Shown here piece after piece: positions 27,563 to 42,407 of a stretch of DNA of 64,000 nucleotides. Position 1 is the first letter of the stretch, and each line of letters opens with the position of its first letter. Both the position numbers and the translations under genes were made by a program. Source of the stretch: Eledone cirrhosa (lineage: Eukaryota). Where the stretch lies: NCBI GenBank assembly GCA_964016885.1, contig OZ024741.1:117366001-117430000 (forward strand), given 5' to 3'. Under the pieces are notes generated by a model. The model did no database searches. It saw nothing but the letters and a program-made list of their open reading frames with translations, and was not told where the DNA came from.

Positions 27563-28473
27563 GTGTGTGTGTGTGTATGTGTACACTTAAATTACATCTA
27601 TCCACTTGGATCTGAACTATGTTTACCTGAAGTACAAAACAACACCGCCATCATATTCTACGATTCTCAGAGGATATATTTATAGATATGGGTGTTGTCC
27701 GTTTGTGCTGCCAACTCGACACAGTAATCTGGTAATAACAATAATAAACACAAACCTACAGATTAAGATTTACAAAAGCAAAGCAAAAACAAATTCAAAA
27801 TACAACGTAAAATAAAGGAGACTAAAAATTAAAGTACATGACTAAAAACATATTTCTAGTTATTATCAAAATTATAACAATCAAATTAGTCAAGGTTATT
27901 AGTTTGTAGTTGGTGTTTCGTTTTAATTGGTACTTTTCAGGCTTTTGTGAGGTTTTTTTAAAAACAATTCTCTTGATTTTATTTTGTTTCTTGTTTTCCT
28001 TTTCTCTTTTTCTCTTTTCTTATTAACATCTACATGAAGTCAGTTTTGAATAAAAAAAAAAGTATCTAGGAATATACTGGCATATTATGATCGCACATAA
28101 AACCAACTGTGTGTGTGGGGGGGGGGGGCACTTGTATGTGTGTGTGTGTGTGTGTATGGGTGTGCCGAGTGTGTGTGTGTGTGTGTATGGGTGTGCCGAG
28201 TGTGTGGGTGTGTGTGTGTATCTAGTGTGTGTATGTGTGTGTGTGTATGTGTGTGTGTGTTTGTGTGTGTGTGTCAAGTGTGTCGAGTGAACAATAGAGT
28301 ATTAAAGACCTATTAAAGATGGCAACCAAATCTCCATCGTAATCACACAATACTGAAATCTAAAAATAAAGGGGAAAATTAGATAATGTCGATTTTATAT
28401 ACACTATGTCTTTCATACATAAAAAAGAGAAGGTGATTTTTGTTTGGAATGCCTTTCATCACATATCTGTTCA

Positions 28474-28890
28474 GGGCGGTACATTGGCAAAGTTGTTAGA
28501 GCGTCGGACAAAATGCTTAGCCTCATATAGTTACAGCACTTTACTTCTGCGTTCAAATCTCGCCGAGGTTAGCTATGCAACTTATCCTTACGGGGTCGAT
28601 AAAATAAAATAGTAGTAACGATTTAATGAAATTTACTCTTCCTTTCAAATTTCTGGCCTTGTGCTAAAATGCAGAAACAATTACCTCTCTGTTCAGGGTG
28701 GTGGATTAGCAGAGTCGTCAGAGCATCAAATAAATGTTTAGCAGTTGTTTCAGCTCTTTACGTTCTCAGTTCAAATTTCGGTGATATTAACTTTAGCTTT
28801 ATCATCGATAAAAGAAAGTACCTGTAAAGTACTTGATAATTGATTTTCTCCTCTTCACAAATTGTTAGCCTTGTTCCTAAGTTAGAAATC
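28474..28890 (+). mobile_element. Two tandem SINE A copies
   Basis: Two heads gggcggtacattggca / gggtggtggattagca with B boxes and bodies. Confidence 0.8.
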
Positions 28891-29346
28891 ATTACGCATA
28901 TATGTTCAATAAATGCCGACTTGGAGTCAAATCAAAACCAGGCTACAGCCACCGAGTGGAACACTGCCTGCCGATTCCCACTGCTAGAAGTAGCAGCTAC
29001 ACCCCACACCCCACCCCAAATCATAATCTACTTAATTAAAAAGAAGGATACTTTGGATAATGTAGTCCATGATACACAATGTTAGTAAAGAAATACTGGT
29101 TTATTTTGAAAGCCTACATTTCTAATATAGAAACGTTGCCTGTTAGTCTGCGAGCTTCATTGGTAAATCTATGTACAGGCTGCAACATTTCATGTATAAG
29201 ACCGCCTCCATTATGGTGAGCTCAGTCTTATTTAATCTGAGTATAATTTAGAATATATAATTTAGAATTTAGAGTATATTGGGTGTTCTGTGTTCCGGTA
29301 GTAAAGATGTTTCGGGGATGTCATGTGTAATCATTTCATCTACTCT

Positions 29347-29783
29347 TGACACAAGGCCAGGAATTTTAAGGGAGGGGTAAGGTCGATTAAATCGACCCCA
29401 GTGCATTACTGGTACTTTATTGTATTGACCCTGTAATGATAAAAGGCAAAGCTAAACTCAACAGGATTTGAACTCAGAACTTATAGGACCTTATCTATAA
29501 GCCACAAAGCATGTTGTCCGATGTTATACTGATACTGTCAATGTACCGCCCTTATGATATGCAATAATTGTTTCTGATTTAGGCACAAAGCCAACAATTT
29601 TGGGAAAGGGGAAGTCGATTAAATCGACCTCAGTGCGTTACTGGTATTTTATTTACTTGATACCATAAGGATGAAAGGCAAAGATAACCGCGGCGGGATT
29701 TGAAATCAGAATGTAAAGGGCCGTATCTATTTGCCTCAAAGTATGTTGTCCGACACTCTGACGATTCTGCCAATCCACCGCCC
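29347..29783 (-). mobile_element. Two tandem SINE A copies
   Basis: RC of family A twice, each ending ...accgccctt. Confidence 0.85.
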
Positions 29784-30529
29784 TTGGCATCTGAAATAAT
29801 AAAATCTTTTGGATCCATAAAATTATTTTTGATGTTGGTCATGTTGCACTGCAGAAATGTTTACTTCGTGCTTTGTTTGAAGTGTTTGTTTTTTTTTGTT
29901 AGTTATTTTTTCTCAATGTATTTTGTGTAAACTTATGACATTGAAAAAGGAGATAACGAGGCTTCCAGTTTTTATCGTTGCTGTTATCCCCACTGTTATT
30001 TTTTCTATGATATGTTTTTCCCTGGAATTATTGTATATAGTGTTGTTTGTTTGTTTGTTTATTAAAACATAGAATTTACAGTCTGTTTCATGTAGACTCA
30101 GGACGTCTGAAGGATTTAAACGTAATTAGTAATGTCTAAACTCGCCTTTCATTAAATTATCGAATACTAAGTTAGAAAATGGTCTTACTAGTTAACTACC
30201 TATCCACACACACACATACGCGCGCGCACACACACATATAGTAGAATGATATTCTGTTAAATAACGGAAGGGAACCACAATTAAAGGAAGGAACAGAGTG
30301 CATCAAAACTGGGGGTACTTTATTTCATGTGTGTGGTCCCGTAACTCCTGATAGAGTCGTAGGGGCACCGTATTGATATACAGCGTTTGGGGCACTTTAA
30401 GCCTGGCGGAGCCCAGCCCTCTCAAGGCTCAATCTCGTTAACTGTGAATTACGTTAACTGTGAAAGTACCTAAGGAATGCTTAGCCACTTATACGTGAAT
30501 TTAACTGGAGCACTGTTCGTTCGGAAAGG

Positions 30530-30607
30530 ACTGTTCACCTGCCAACTGTCAGAGCTAGTGAAAATATATGATATTTCACTAGCTCTGACAGTTGGCAGGT
30601 GAACAGT
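30530..30607. repeat. Perfect ~34-bp-arm hairpin directly upstream of an HHR
   Basis: actgttcacctgccaactgtcagagctagtgaaa / tttcactagctctgacagttggcaggtgaacagt. Confidence 0.95.
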
Positions 30608-30657
30608 GAACTGTACTGATGAAGGGTAATACCCAGAAACATTAATGTCTGCAGTTC
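30608..30657 (+). ncRNA. Type-I hammerhead ribozyme, canonical core
   Basis: gaactgta CTGATGA a gggt aat accc a GAAA cattaatg TC tgcagttc; 8-bp stem I, palindromic stem III, GUC site. Confidence 0.9.
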
Positions 30658-30784
30658 TGTTTACATGCTAACACAAGAGCAAGAAGGGGAGGGGGGGGGG
30701 GCTTATTCTACTGACATGGCTTTAAAAATTAGGCTTGTTTGCATAATTGTAAACGAATCGAATATCATTATTAATATTCGAAAA

Positions 30785-30965
30785 GGGAGGTGAATTGGCA
30801 GTATCGGTAGAGGGTCGGACATCTTTCCAGCATAGTTACGTCCCTTTATGATCTGAGTTCAAATCCCTCTAAGGTTAACTTTGCCTTTCATCCTTACGGG
30901 GTCGATAAAATAAAGTACCAGTAATGTACTGGGTAATTGCTGGCCTTGTGCTAAAAGTAGAAACA
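30785..30965 (+). mobile_element. SINE A with 18-bp TSD
   Basis: ATTATTAATATTCGAAAA at 30767-30784 and 30966-30983. Confidence 0.95.
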
Positions 30966-31024
30966 ATTATTAATATTCGAAAAACTCAGATTACATTTAT
31001 TGTATTGAGCCATGTAGAGCTAAA

Positions 31025-31066
<42 letters not shown>

Positions 31067-31099
31067 TTTAGCTCTACATGGCTCAATACAATAAATGTA

Positions 31100-31185
<86 letters not shown>

Positions 31186-31335
31186 CTGAGAATAGACCTC
31201 CCTGATGACGCAATGAATTCTCAACAGTTTATTACGTAACTGTCTTTATCCCATTGCAGAAACTAATTAGTTGGAGTGAAAATTTTAGTAAGTAAGTTAA
31301 TTTTTTAAAATTCTTTTAAAATTTTCTTATTTTAC

Positions 31336-31425
<90 letters not shown>

Positions 31426-31443
31426 TATATATATGTATGTATA

Positions 31444-31501
<58 letters not shown>

Positions 31502-31521
31502 AATATATATATATGTATGTA

Positions 31522-31950
<429 letters not shown>

Positions 31951-31963
31951 CATACATACATGC

Positions 31964-32017
<54 letters not shown>

Positions 32018-32083
32018 AACATGGGGAGAAGAATACTGCACGGTTGCACATGGATTACATATTATAAAATTAGTCACTCATCA

Positions 32084-32165
<82 letters not shown>

Positions 32166-32709
32166 TAACTCCTTTACTCCCTGGCAGTAATATATCCTAT
32201 TACGGTTGGTGTTGCTGCAGGAGTTGTAGTTCTAATACAACCCACAACCAAGAAATAATAACATCTGTTTTAAAAGCATCGTTTGTTATGAAAATAGTCT
32301 CGTTTTCAACATGTGCCACAGCAAACGTCTGCTATTGATAATAAGTCAGATAATAGTTATCAACAGCACAGTTTGTTTCAGCCAGTTTCCACTGATATCG
32401 AATTAAGACAGTAACCAACTCAGTTGGGACGCCGCTCAACCGGTCACTTAATTTTCTAGAAATAGCAGTCAAATTCTCGATTATAATGCAGTCTGTCAGT
32501 GTTTAAAAATAGGGGTACATTTGATAATGTAGTTTTAGATGCACTATTTATGAATAAAAAATGTGATGGTCACGACTGGAACATCTTTTTACATAGGTCT
32601 GCTCTATCAAGGCTGAGCTATCACCCTACTAGAAATAAGTCAAATCCTGAATCATTATTTCCTGGCACTCTTTAAAAGAACACATTGAATGTAGTCCTAG
32701 ATATATTAT

Positions 32710-33255
32710 CTTCTTCTTCTTCTTCTTCTTCTTCTTCTTCTTCTTCTTCTATATCCTTTTTTTTCTTCTCTTTCTTCTTTTTCTTTTTCTCTTCTTTTTC
32801 TTTTTCTTCTTCTTTTTCTTCTTTTTCTTCTTTTTCTTTTTTTTCTTTTTTTTCTTTTCTTTTTCTTCTTCTTCCACTAACTCCGGAGAGGGTCGTGGGG
32901 GCAGAGTCCTCAAACACTCCTTCGAGCGGGTCTTCTCAGAAGCAACTGTCTCCAATTCACCCGGCTGGATCCCCGAGTGGGACCAGCCGAACTGTTGGAT
33001 GTTCGGGGTCTACCTCTGGCTCGGCTGCCGGTTGGTTTTGCTCGGAAAATCTGTCCAGCGATTCTTTTTTGAGACATTGTAACCACTTGTCCGTATTATC
33101 GGAACTGTAATCTCTCAATTCGGAGAAGTAGCGACTCTACCTGGGGCGACTCCCTGATCTTCGAGTTATGCACTCTATCGAGTAACGTTACCCCAAAGTT
33201 CCTTTCGGCCGCTTGTATTCGCGATCGTGTTCTTTCGGTCATTACCCCAAGATTC
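32710..33255 (-). mobile_element. RTE LINE 3' end with (GAA)n-type tail
   Basis: Homologous to 14190-14790; (TTC)n at 32710-32875 is the RC tail. Confidence 0.8.
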
Positions 33256-33714
33256 AGATAAAATATGGGATAGTCGCAATCGGATCATCTTTCATCATAT
33301 ATCTACGCTATCTGGACTGAGCGACGGACATTCTTCAAATAGCAGCCAAATTCCCCTCACACTACATTCTAATAATTTTTTATGAAATAGACTACATTTT
33401 TCTTGGAATATATAAGATGGGATAGGCCTGCTTAATCAAAGATATGAGTGGCTTTAATTTGCTATAAATAACTGCTAAATCTCCTTCAAAATTCACACCT
33501 TTTTTTTTTTCTTTTACTCGTTTCAATCATTAGACTGCGGCCATATTTGGGCACACCACCTTGAGGAGAGGAGAAGACTGTGAGAGTGAAGCAATGTCTT
33601 AGGAAAGGGATGGGATCCACGACTGCTGGGAATCAATTGATCATAAAGTTGACTATTCAATTTCTGTCGTTTCTTATAATACTTTACCGTTCATTCAATA
33701 TAGCTGTTGTTCGA

Positions 33715-33965
33715 AGGCACGTGTGTTAGTGGTTAAGGGTGTTCGATTCCCGATCGTAAATCCATGAGTTCGATTCTCAGCAGCTCGTTCAGTAAGACAT
33801 TTAATTTTCCAATACACTCAGCTGAAAAAGATTAGTTGTGACCCATAATTCAAATGTTAAGTGTACACGTGTCTGTGGAATACTCAGCCATTTGCATATT
33901 GCATACGTTCATTACACGAGCAGACCGTTCCGTTGAATACTTATCGTCGAAGCTGACGGAGATCC
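33715..33965 (+). mobile_element. SINE family B
   Basis: ttagtggttaagggtgttcg...gagttcgattc head; tail cacgtgtctgtggaatactcagcca. Confidence 0.75.
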
Positions 33966-36079
33966 ATACCATAGTCGTCGTTGGCTTATATCAATATCAT
34001 GTCAGCCATAACTAAGCAAACCTATTATCAAAGAGGTCCAATATCGTGTCCTATTTTCACAAGCTGTATCTAGAACTACATTATCCAATCTATTCATATT
34101 TTAACCACTTTATAACCATATTTCTAATATAAAAAAACACTGCCTATTATATTCAATTTTTATCAATCAAGTTCCCGTAATTGGTGCAACCAATTGATGA
34201 GGTGCCACTTTAGTCACTTGACTGTGTGCCCATCATGGTATTTCAAGGGGCTTTAGAAATGTTTGGTCATGTCCACTTCCTCTCCTAGCGGCCAATCCTT
34301 CACTAAGTTTAACCTGCCATCATATGCAGTTCTTCGAGTGTGGTTGAAAAATGTCTCTGAACCAAAAGTGAGAGTAAAGTGAGAACCGGTATACTCGTCT
34401 ATATCTAAAGATGATACTTCCACATATCAAGACATTCTCTCTAACCGAACACCACTGGGTACTGAAGCAATGTAAAATAAAGTGCTTTACACAAGGACAC
34501 AATTCGTCACTTGGTCAGAGAATCGAAATCATGAGCTTACGATTGTGAGCCGATCACCTTAAGCCACGCGCCTTCATGGGATGAAATTATATGTATGTAT
34601 CAATTGCACATACTGACACATATACAGGCATATACGAGGGAAAAAACGGAGTTAAATACATTGCTTCAGTTTACAATGCAATATCTACCATAGTATTTGT
34701 GCATTCAGAACATATACAATAAACATTGAGCTCGTACATACAACTAGGCGGTCGATTTAGCAGAGTCGTTAGAACATTGAATATTTGTTCCTCTGTGATC
34801 AAATCTCGAAGTCAACGTTCCTTTTTATCATTTCTACACGTGCCCGCTGTTTATTTTATTTTTTTAAATATATCCTACGAAGACAATTTATTAGTTGGAG
34901 CGTCAGGTAGAATCGATTGGGATAATTATTCTATCTCTTTCCGCTCTAAGTTCTAATTTTACCGAGGCTCACTTTACCTTGCAATTGTTCGGGGTTGTTG
35001 TAAGAAGTACGAGTTCAGTGCTGATGCAGCGCTCTTTTCTTTCAGCTATCTCATACTAGATGTTCCATTGAAGAAGAGCGGGGAAGGGGATCGAGGAAGT
35101 TTTCTGTGTCTGCATGCGACTTCATGGGCTCCTAAAACCCTTAGCGAAGGCATAGTACCTACAACCAAGTCACTCGATTTTTAAAATATATATATCCTTT
35201 ATTCAATGTATTATAAAACATTTTGAAAAATTAATTTAAAAAATGAAAAAAAAATGAAAAGGCATAAAAATTCCAACAATTTTTTTGGAAAGTGTTTTAT
35301 CTATGTGTTTGTTCCACAGTATTTTCTCTTCGTAATATCACGTTAGTCTGTATTATAGTTCAAAGTGAACATTCGCCGAAAACGATATATATATATATAT
35401 ATAATGGATGAAATATTTAAAAACAAAACAAATGGCGCCGTCTGCTTTTGGTCTTTGTTAATTTTACGCGAATATCTGCAATCTATAAAAATTATATTTC
35501 TATTTGTATATTTTTCGCTTATAAGCTTTTTTATTAAAGAACAACTTGCCTTTTGTGCTACATCTTGTAAAATTTGATTGAGTGGGTGTAGATATGGTTT
35601 TAAATCAAGCAATTTTATTTTGTAAATATTTTTCATTTTCGTTTTTTACTTATTTTCAGAAATTAGAAGCCAACAGACAAATGATAGAATTGTTAAATAA
35701 ATTATATATAAACAAAGAAAATAACCCAAAGCTTTAATTAACGTGATTGATTGATTGGTTATTTGTTCGTGTGTTTATTATGATTTTGGGATTTGTTCCT
35801 TAAGCAAACATCAGACTAGAAAAATTGGTGTCTATCTAAAGAGTATTAAGTTCTTTCTAATTTAGGCACAAGGTCAGAAAATGGTGGAGGGCTTAATCAA
35901 TTAAATCGACCACAGTGCATTACTTTATTTCATCAGTTGGAGAAGGGTGATAAACAAGGTGAGACCTTGGTGGTAATTGAAACAAGTGTGAAAAGAGCCG
36001 GGACAAATACCGGAACAAATTTTGCCCGATGTGCTTACAATTCTGCCATTTCTCTGCCTCCTAAAGGGTACTAATAATC

Positions 36080-37000
36080 ACATAAGGTGAAACTGAAACT
36101 GGTGAAGTTAACGCGAGGGTTTGGGAAATGGCCGGATGGCATCTCAATTTTCCCCATTCCGAAATAACAAGACCGTCATCTGGCCTGCGACCTATGGTAA
36201 TACTTCCTCTAGTGATGAAATAAACGTACTGTAGTTAAATACGCGCAAGATCTAAAGTAAGTTCCCCAACAAACTGAGATTGATCGCAGGCTGACACAAT
36301 ATGGCCACTCCTTGATAGGTTCTGTCGAAACTATCGGTTCAAAAGTGATGGTGACATCTAGCGTCCCGGTTCCCTGAACCACCTCCCTACACATTTTGGT
36401 TGGAATAGACATGACCATCAAACAGAACTAACCATTACCTAATTTCCTGGGTAACACACTCGCTATTCTGCCAACCGAGACCAGATTGAGGACAAACATC
36501 CTAATCAAGCCCTTGTCCGCACAATACTCCTCTATATCTGTGAGCCATGGCCTGTGAGAGCAACTGATTTGCATAAGCTTGAAGTATTTGATCATTTCTG
36601 TTTTCGCCACATCCTTCGTGTCTGCTGGAACCACTTCCTATCGAATGCAGAGGTCCGTTACATTGCAGCATCAAACCGATCGGGAACGTTCTTCGCGGAC
36701 GTCGACTTATATGGTTAGGCCATGCACGTCGACGTTAACTGAGTGAATTCATCCGCGAAGCAATTGAACCACAACTACTTCAAGTATTGCGCAAACGTCA
36801 CCGTGGACAGCTGAAAACACCGTCGAGAGTGACGTCGAAATCCACCAAAGCCCAAGTGTGTTCGGTACTTGCTGTTGGAATCGCAATTGGTTGGTCCTCA
36901 CTGATTCAATTGCCTCAGATCGTCGTGCGTGGTCTGCGTTAATTCCTTCGATGGAGCCGGCTCAACCCACCCCGAGTGAACACCGTCGCAAGTACAATAA
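36080..37000 (-). mobile_element. GC-richer degraded element, possibly LINE ORF1/5' region
   Basis: Abrupt GC/CpG rise; broken minus-strand frames with IGRRP followed by a CY dipeptide, reminiscent of gag-knuckle ORF1s. Confidence 0.3.
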
Positions 37001-37392
37001 GTAATCATACACTCTGTTTCTGTGTTTTAGCATTTATCAATATAAATGAAGCAATAATTATTTTAGCTAGAAATATCCAGAAGAAGAATGATATTAATCA
37101 AACAGACAGTCAAGTAATCTAATTATATGTTTCCTTCTTTGTAAACAGATAGCAATTTGATTAACGAGATCGATGTATAAAGGTCTCAGAAGATTCTTCG
37201 ATTTGTTCGTCTTACTGAAAATTACAGATATATTTTATAACATTAGCCGTATTCAGTACTGAATAAATGATGAGGATTGTTGATAACAGCATAGTCTAGG
37301 TTAGAACACCTTTGAACATAAGTCTACTGTCATGCGGCTAAACAACAACAGCTACTACTTCAACAACAGCTACAACTACTACTGGCTGTAGG

Positions 37393-37630
37393 GTGTCTAT
37401 AGAAGTGGGGTAAGGTAACCATCGTGCCTGTAGGAGTGGGGTAAGGTAGCCATCGTGTCTATTGAAGTGGAGTAAGGTAGCCATCATGTCTATAGAAGTG
37501 AGGTAAGGTAACCATCGTGTCTATAGAAGTGGGGTAAGGTAGCCATTGTGTCTATGGAAGTGGGGTAAGGTAGCCATTGTGTCTATGGAAGTGGGGTAAG
37601 GTAGACATATGGTTGTAGGGTGTCTATGGA
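37393..37630. repeat. 31-bp minisatellite, about 7 copies
   Basis: gtgtctatagaagtggggtaaggtagccatc in tandem. Confidence 0.95.
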
Positions 37631-38909
37631 AGATGAGTTTTACCTTCGGGATGCCACCAGCCATTTACATGAAGCCAATCATCAGAATTGAAGCGCATAA
37701 TCTGTGTCCAGTAACAAGGTTGACCGAAAGACAGTTAATTGATCAGACTGTATTGATACGAAATATTTGAGTGGTTTCTTGTAGTATACTTCAGATCTAC
37801 TCTACATGAAGGACTGAATCCAATCCAGTAATTACACCCAGTAATGCTACGGTACGCAAATTTCTGTTAATAGTGAGCTCTGCCAACATATACGTGCAAG
37901 AGAAATTTAAATTTATTGGCACTGAATTGAGAGCACCGCCAGTGTCATAATACGAACTGTTGACTTTTCGGCCTGTAGTCCTAAGTCCTATCGGCACTGT
38001 GAACTAAGATTCCACCCTAGCAGCATTCGTAAAAGTAACGTGGATGCCATAGAAAATACATATAGTCCGTGGTAAATGAACTACATATATACATATATAT
38101 AGTGTTAAATATAGAAATGATAATTTTGAAGATTTGGCAAAATTTCAAGCGTCTTTCTTGTGATACAGGAATGAGGAAGTATCTTAGGTGAGTCAAAATA
38201 CTTAATTTAAACACCAGCAAAAGCTTTGTTATTCTTACCAGCATGTACACATGTACACGTAAAGTGTAAGGACGATCACGTATATATAAATATATAGTCG
38301 GCTATTTAATAAGATTTGTTGTTTTTTTGTGTGTGTGCCTTTCGTTATTATTTTTTAAATTGTGAAAAAAAGGATTACTTAAATCTAGAAGTCAAACAAA
38401 AGATGAGTCATATAAGCAAATGGAAATTAGAGGTAAATATTGTAGACTTCCTCACTGTGAAAGGTATCTAGAATTTAGACTAGCAGTTCTCGTGACTGAT
38501 ATAATTTATCCTTGAGAGAAGATAGTAAATTATTAGACAAATTATAACTTATACAATTACACAATGTATGGTGAAGAAACTCCTTACTAGGGCAGGGTTG
38601 TTCTGATTGCAGCAACGAGATGTGCCAACTCCCCTGTACACTTATTAATTATATTTTTTTTTATTACCTGAACAACTAAATAAAGTGCCGAAAGTCAAAG
38701 AGGGGCCCATGAATAATTCAGGATGCACCCCACCACAGTTACCACCAACTAAAAAAAACAATCAGTCCTCTTGAATTTTCATAGGAGCTCTTCCTCACTC
38801 ACACCCAACCACCACCACCACCACCCAGAGTTTGAAAGTTCTTTGGGTTTTTTTACCATTAAAACATTTCTCTTGGAGGTTCTGTATGATGTGGGGGGTC
38901 GGAGTATGT

Positions 38910-39200
38910 TGAACCTCCATTGTTTCCGACGACCAGTGCTCCAGTTGATTCAATCGACGGAACTGACTGATTGTAAAATGAACGTGTACGTGGCTGAACA
39001 TTCCACAGATGCATGCACCCTTAACATAGTTCTCGGGGAGAGTCAGTGAGACACGATGTGTCACATGACTTGCCTCTTGAATTACAGGTACAACTCAATT
39101 TTTCCAACTGCAGCAAGGTAAGACAAAGTGTTTTACACAAGAACACACCGGGCTGCCCAGTCCGAGAATCAAACGCATGACCTTACACTAACTATTAAGC
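38910..39200 (-). mobile_element. SINE family B
   Basis: RC of the tail and body seen at 33715/50460. Confidence 0.7.
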
Positions 39201-39367
39201 CATACAGCATACATATTTAAAAACTAAAAAAGAAGACCCATCCCTATCTGTATTCTAATTTAGCGTGATATCTATCGCAGTACTCGTAGTCTATACCGTG
39301 TAACGACCTGATCAGTTCACCGGGTTAGGGCTACGGTTTTTGTAGTCGAGGTAGACTGTAAATGTGA

Positions 39368-39685
39368 CGGCGCATGGCTTAGTGGTTAAAGCATTGGACT
39401 TGCAATTGAAAGGTTGTGAGTTCGATTCTCGGACCGGCTGATACGTTGTGTCCTTGAACAAGAGACTTTATTTCACGTTGCTCCAGTTCACTCGGCTGTA
39501 GAAATGAGTTGCTACGTCCCTGGTACCAAGCTGTATCGGCCTTTCCATTGGACAACATTGGTGGCGTGGAGAGTGGAGACTGATATGCATGGGCGACTGC
39601 TAGTCTTCCTCAAAAACAACCTTGCTCGGACTTGTACTTTCTAGGTGCAAATCACATGGTCATTCGTGATCAAAGGGGGTCTTCA
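39368..39685 (+). mobile_element. tRNA-derived SINE (family B head, second tail type)
   Basis: TGGCTTAGTGG A box, GAGTTCGATTC B box, tgtgtccttgaacaagagactttatttcacgttgctccag; copy at 40513-40725. Confidence 0.85.
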
Positions 39686-40512
39686 AGATTGTAAATGTAA
39701 AAACAGACGACACGATGAATTGTCATGACCAGGTAAATCACACGCTAAAATGGCACATCATTCTATGTATATTTGCTCAATGGGGAAACCAAATGTTAAA
39801 TACTGAGGCGCAAGTTAATATTTCATAGAAAGAAGAGTCGAAGATGTACACAACACTGCGTGGTTTGATCGAACAATGTTGTATCTCATTAGTCTTTCTA
39901 GCTTTCAGAAAGTATCTTTCATATGATGTATATACATTTTAAAAGATCTTAAAAGACGTAGAACACTAAACTTGATAAGACATCCAGGCTTCGGTAACGA
40001 ATTTTTGCATCGAGCAACTTGTTTAAATAAGTGTATTAGAAGTTCTAAAAATGAAAATATTAAATACACCAAATACATATAATTCTGTCGTGAGCTTGAA
40101 ATGTAGGTGTTTGAATGAAAAAGGATTAGCACATGCATGTATACACATATTCATGCATACATACATGCATACGTAAATCTAAGTCTAAAGTCTGTCTTAA
40201 GCCAGAAGGCTCATTTGGCCGGTGCTTATCCCGGTGTCATGGGACTGAGAGTACAAGACTTATATATATATATATACATATATATACATATATATAAAAA
40301 AAGGGAAAAAAATATATTTTTCTTCCTAATAATCGTTTTTTTCTCGCTGTTTTCGTATATATATATAGATAGATACCTTTATTTCTCATCATTAAAACAC
40401 ATTCCCTTATGTCTATCCCCCTCTCTGCAGCACTCTATCTAAACCTCTCTCTCCCTTTCTCCCCCCCCTCTCTCTCTCACAAACACACACACACATACTC
40501 TCTCTCTCTCTC

Positions 40513-40725
40513 TCGATTCCCCGATAGGGTGATGCGTTGTGTCCTTGAGCAAGATACTTCATTTCACGTTGCTCCAGGTTACTCAGCTGTAGAAATGAGT
40601 TGCGATGTCACTGGCGCCAAGCTGTATCGGCCATTGCCTTTCCCTTGGGCAAAATCAGTGGCATGGATTTGTGCCTCGGCGGGGAACTTTCTAGGTGCAA
40701 ATCCAATGGTCATTCATGATAACCC
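40513..40725 (+). mobile_element. 5'-truncated copy of the 39368 SINE
   Basis: Shared body and tail ccaagctgtatcggcc...ttctaggtgcaaatc. Confidence 0.8.
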
Positions 40726-40738
40726 CCCCCCCCCCCCT

Positions 40739-40776
<38 letters not shown>

Positions 40777-41193
40777 ACACACACACGCACACATACACAC
40801 ACACTCACACATATATATACACACACGCACTCCCCTTACCTATTCACACCCTCGCCGTCCCTATGTTATGCTTTATTTTTAGTGTTCATTATTTTTTTTA
40901 TTTATATACCTATTTCAGAGTTTTAGCAAATAGACATACTTAAAGATTAGCTTCCTTGGAATCTCACCCACGCAGTATGAATCTCCCATCAGATGCTCAT
41001 TATGGAGGAAATTAACAGTTGCTTCTGTCAAATTAATTCTATTGGACCTTTCAGATATTCTTTCCTGCAGTTACAAGGAGTCATGCAGAGAGTCAGCCAA
41101 TTTAAACCAGATTCTGGGAATTAACTGTATGTCAAATTTCTCCAGCCCGCTCCCAATACACAGCATATCTATACAATCAGACATGTCGACACC

Positions 41194-41323
<130 letters not shown>

Positions 41324-42126
41324 ATATTTGGGGAGGGTCATATTTGCGTAATATTGCCAGAATTAATAACAGAACACACTCACTGTTTGGTTGGTTTTCG
41401 CTTCTCGCTGTCTTTTATATATATATATCTGCGATCTAACTTACTCGGTCCTCAATGTTGCCATTGACTGACCGGCGGTCAAAAATAATACAGATACAAT
41501 ATAGACAAACACATATATATATAGTTTACATAAATCTTTCGTTGCACATCTGCAACATCGTCAGTGGTGTTATATTCATTGTTCCTCCTGTTGTGTTGTA
41601 TGTCTACGCCATTTTTTTTGTTCAGTCTGTCTATATATTTATTTATTTATTTGCTTGTTTGTTTATCTTATTTTATTTTGTCTTCTTTGCGCATGCGTTT
41701 GCGTGTGTGTATAGTGTTATGTGTGATGTGTGACTAGTGTGTATAGTGTTGTGTCTGCTGGGTGACTAGTGTGTGTTTATGTGCTTGTGTATGTATTTAT
41801 TTATCTTATTTTATTTAATTTAATTTACTTATTTATTTATACTTCTCTTAGGTCAGTGTTGTTTGTTTGGGTGTTGTTGTTGTTCCACTCATTCTTTCTG
41901 TTTAGCTGTGGTCTTCTAATTTCTATTTCACTGGCCTCTCTGATTTGCCTATCTGCTGGGTCATTCCTATGTTTAGATATTATTCTAATTTCTATGTTGT
42001 CTATGTTACCGTCATGATGTTGTCTAGCATGTTCGTATAGTACTGACCCGTTTTTTCGTCCTTTTAGTTCCCCCCAGTGTTGGTCTATCCTTTCACCTAT
42101 GCTACGAGCTGTCTCACCTATGTATA

Positions 42127-42407
42127 GTGAGACAGCTCGTAGCATAGGTGAAAGGATAGACCAACACTGGGGGGAACTAAAAGGACGAAAAAACGGGTCA
42201 GTACTATACGAACATGCTAGACAACATCATGACGGTAACATAGACAACATAGAAATTAGAATAATATCTAAACATAGGAATGACCCAGCAGATAGGCAAA
42301 TCAGAGAGGCCAGTGAAATAGAAATTAGAAGACCACAGCTAAACAGAAAGAATGAGTGGAACAACAACAACACCCAAACAAACAACACTGACCTAAGAGA
42401 AGTATAA
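42127..42407 (+). pseudogene. Truncated PLE GIY-YIG endonuclease C-terminus (mirror copy 41837-42117)
   Basis: ETARSIGERIDQHWGELKGRKNGSVLYEHARQHH...RQIREASEIEIRRPQLNRKNEW. Confidence 0.9.

Noticed and set aside
31198-31246. CTGATGA followed by a hairpin
   Set aside because: GAAA is replaced by GTAA and stems I/III do not pair
32070-32088. Minus-strand CTGATGAG between TA runs
   Set aside because: No downstream stem II partner or GAAA
32672-33110. Poly-K/E/S/F ORFs
   Set aside because: Derived from the (GAA)n tail and antisense strand of an RTE fragment
37393-37630. CRISPR-like 31-bp periodicity
   Set aside because: Units are contiguous with no unique spacers; eukaryotic context; no cas genes
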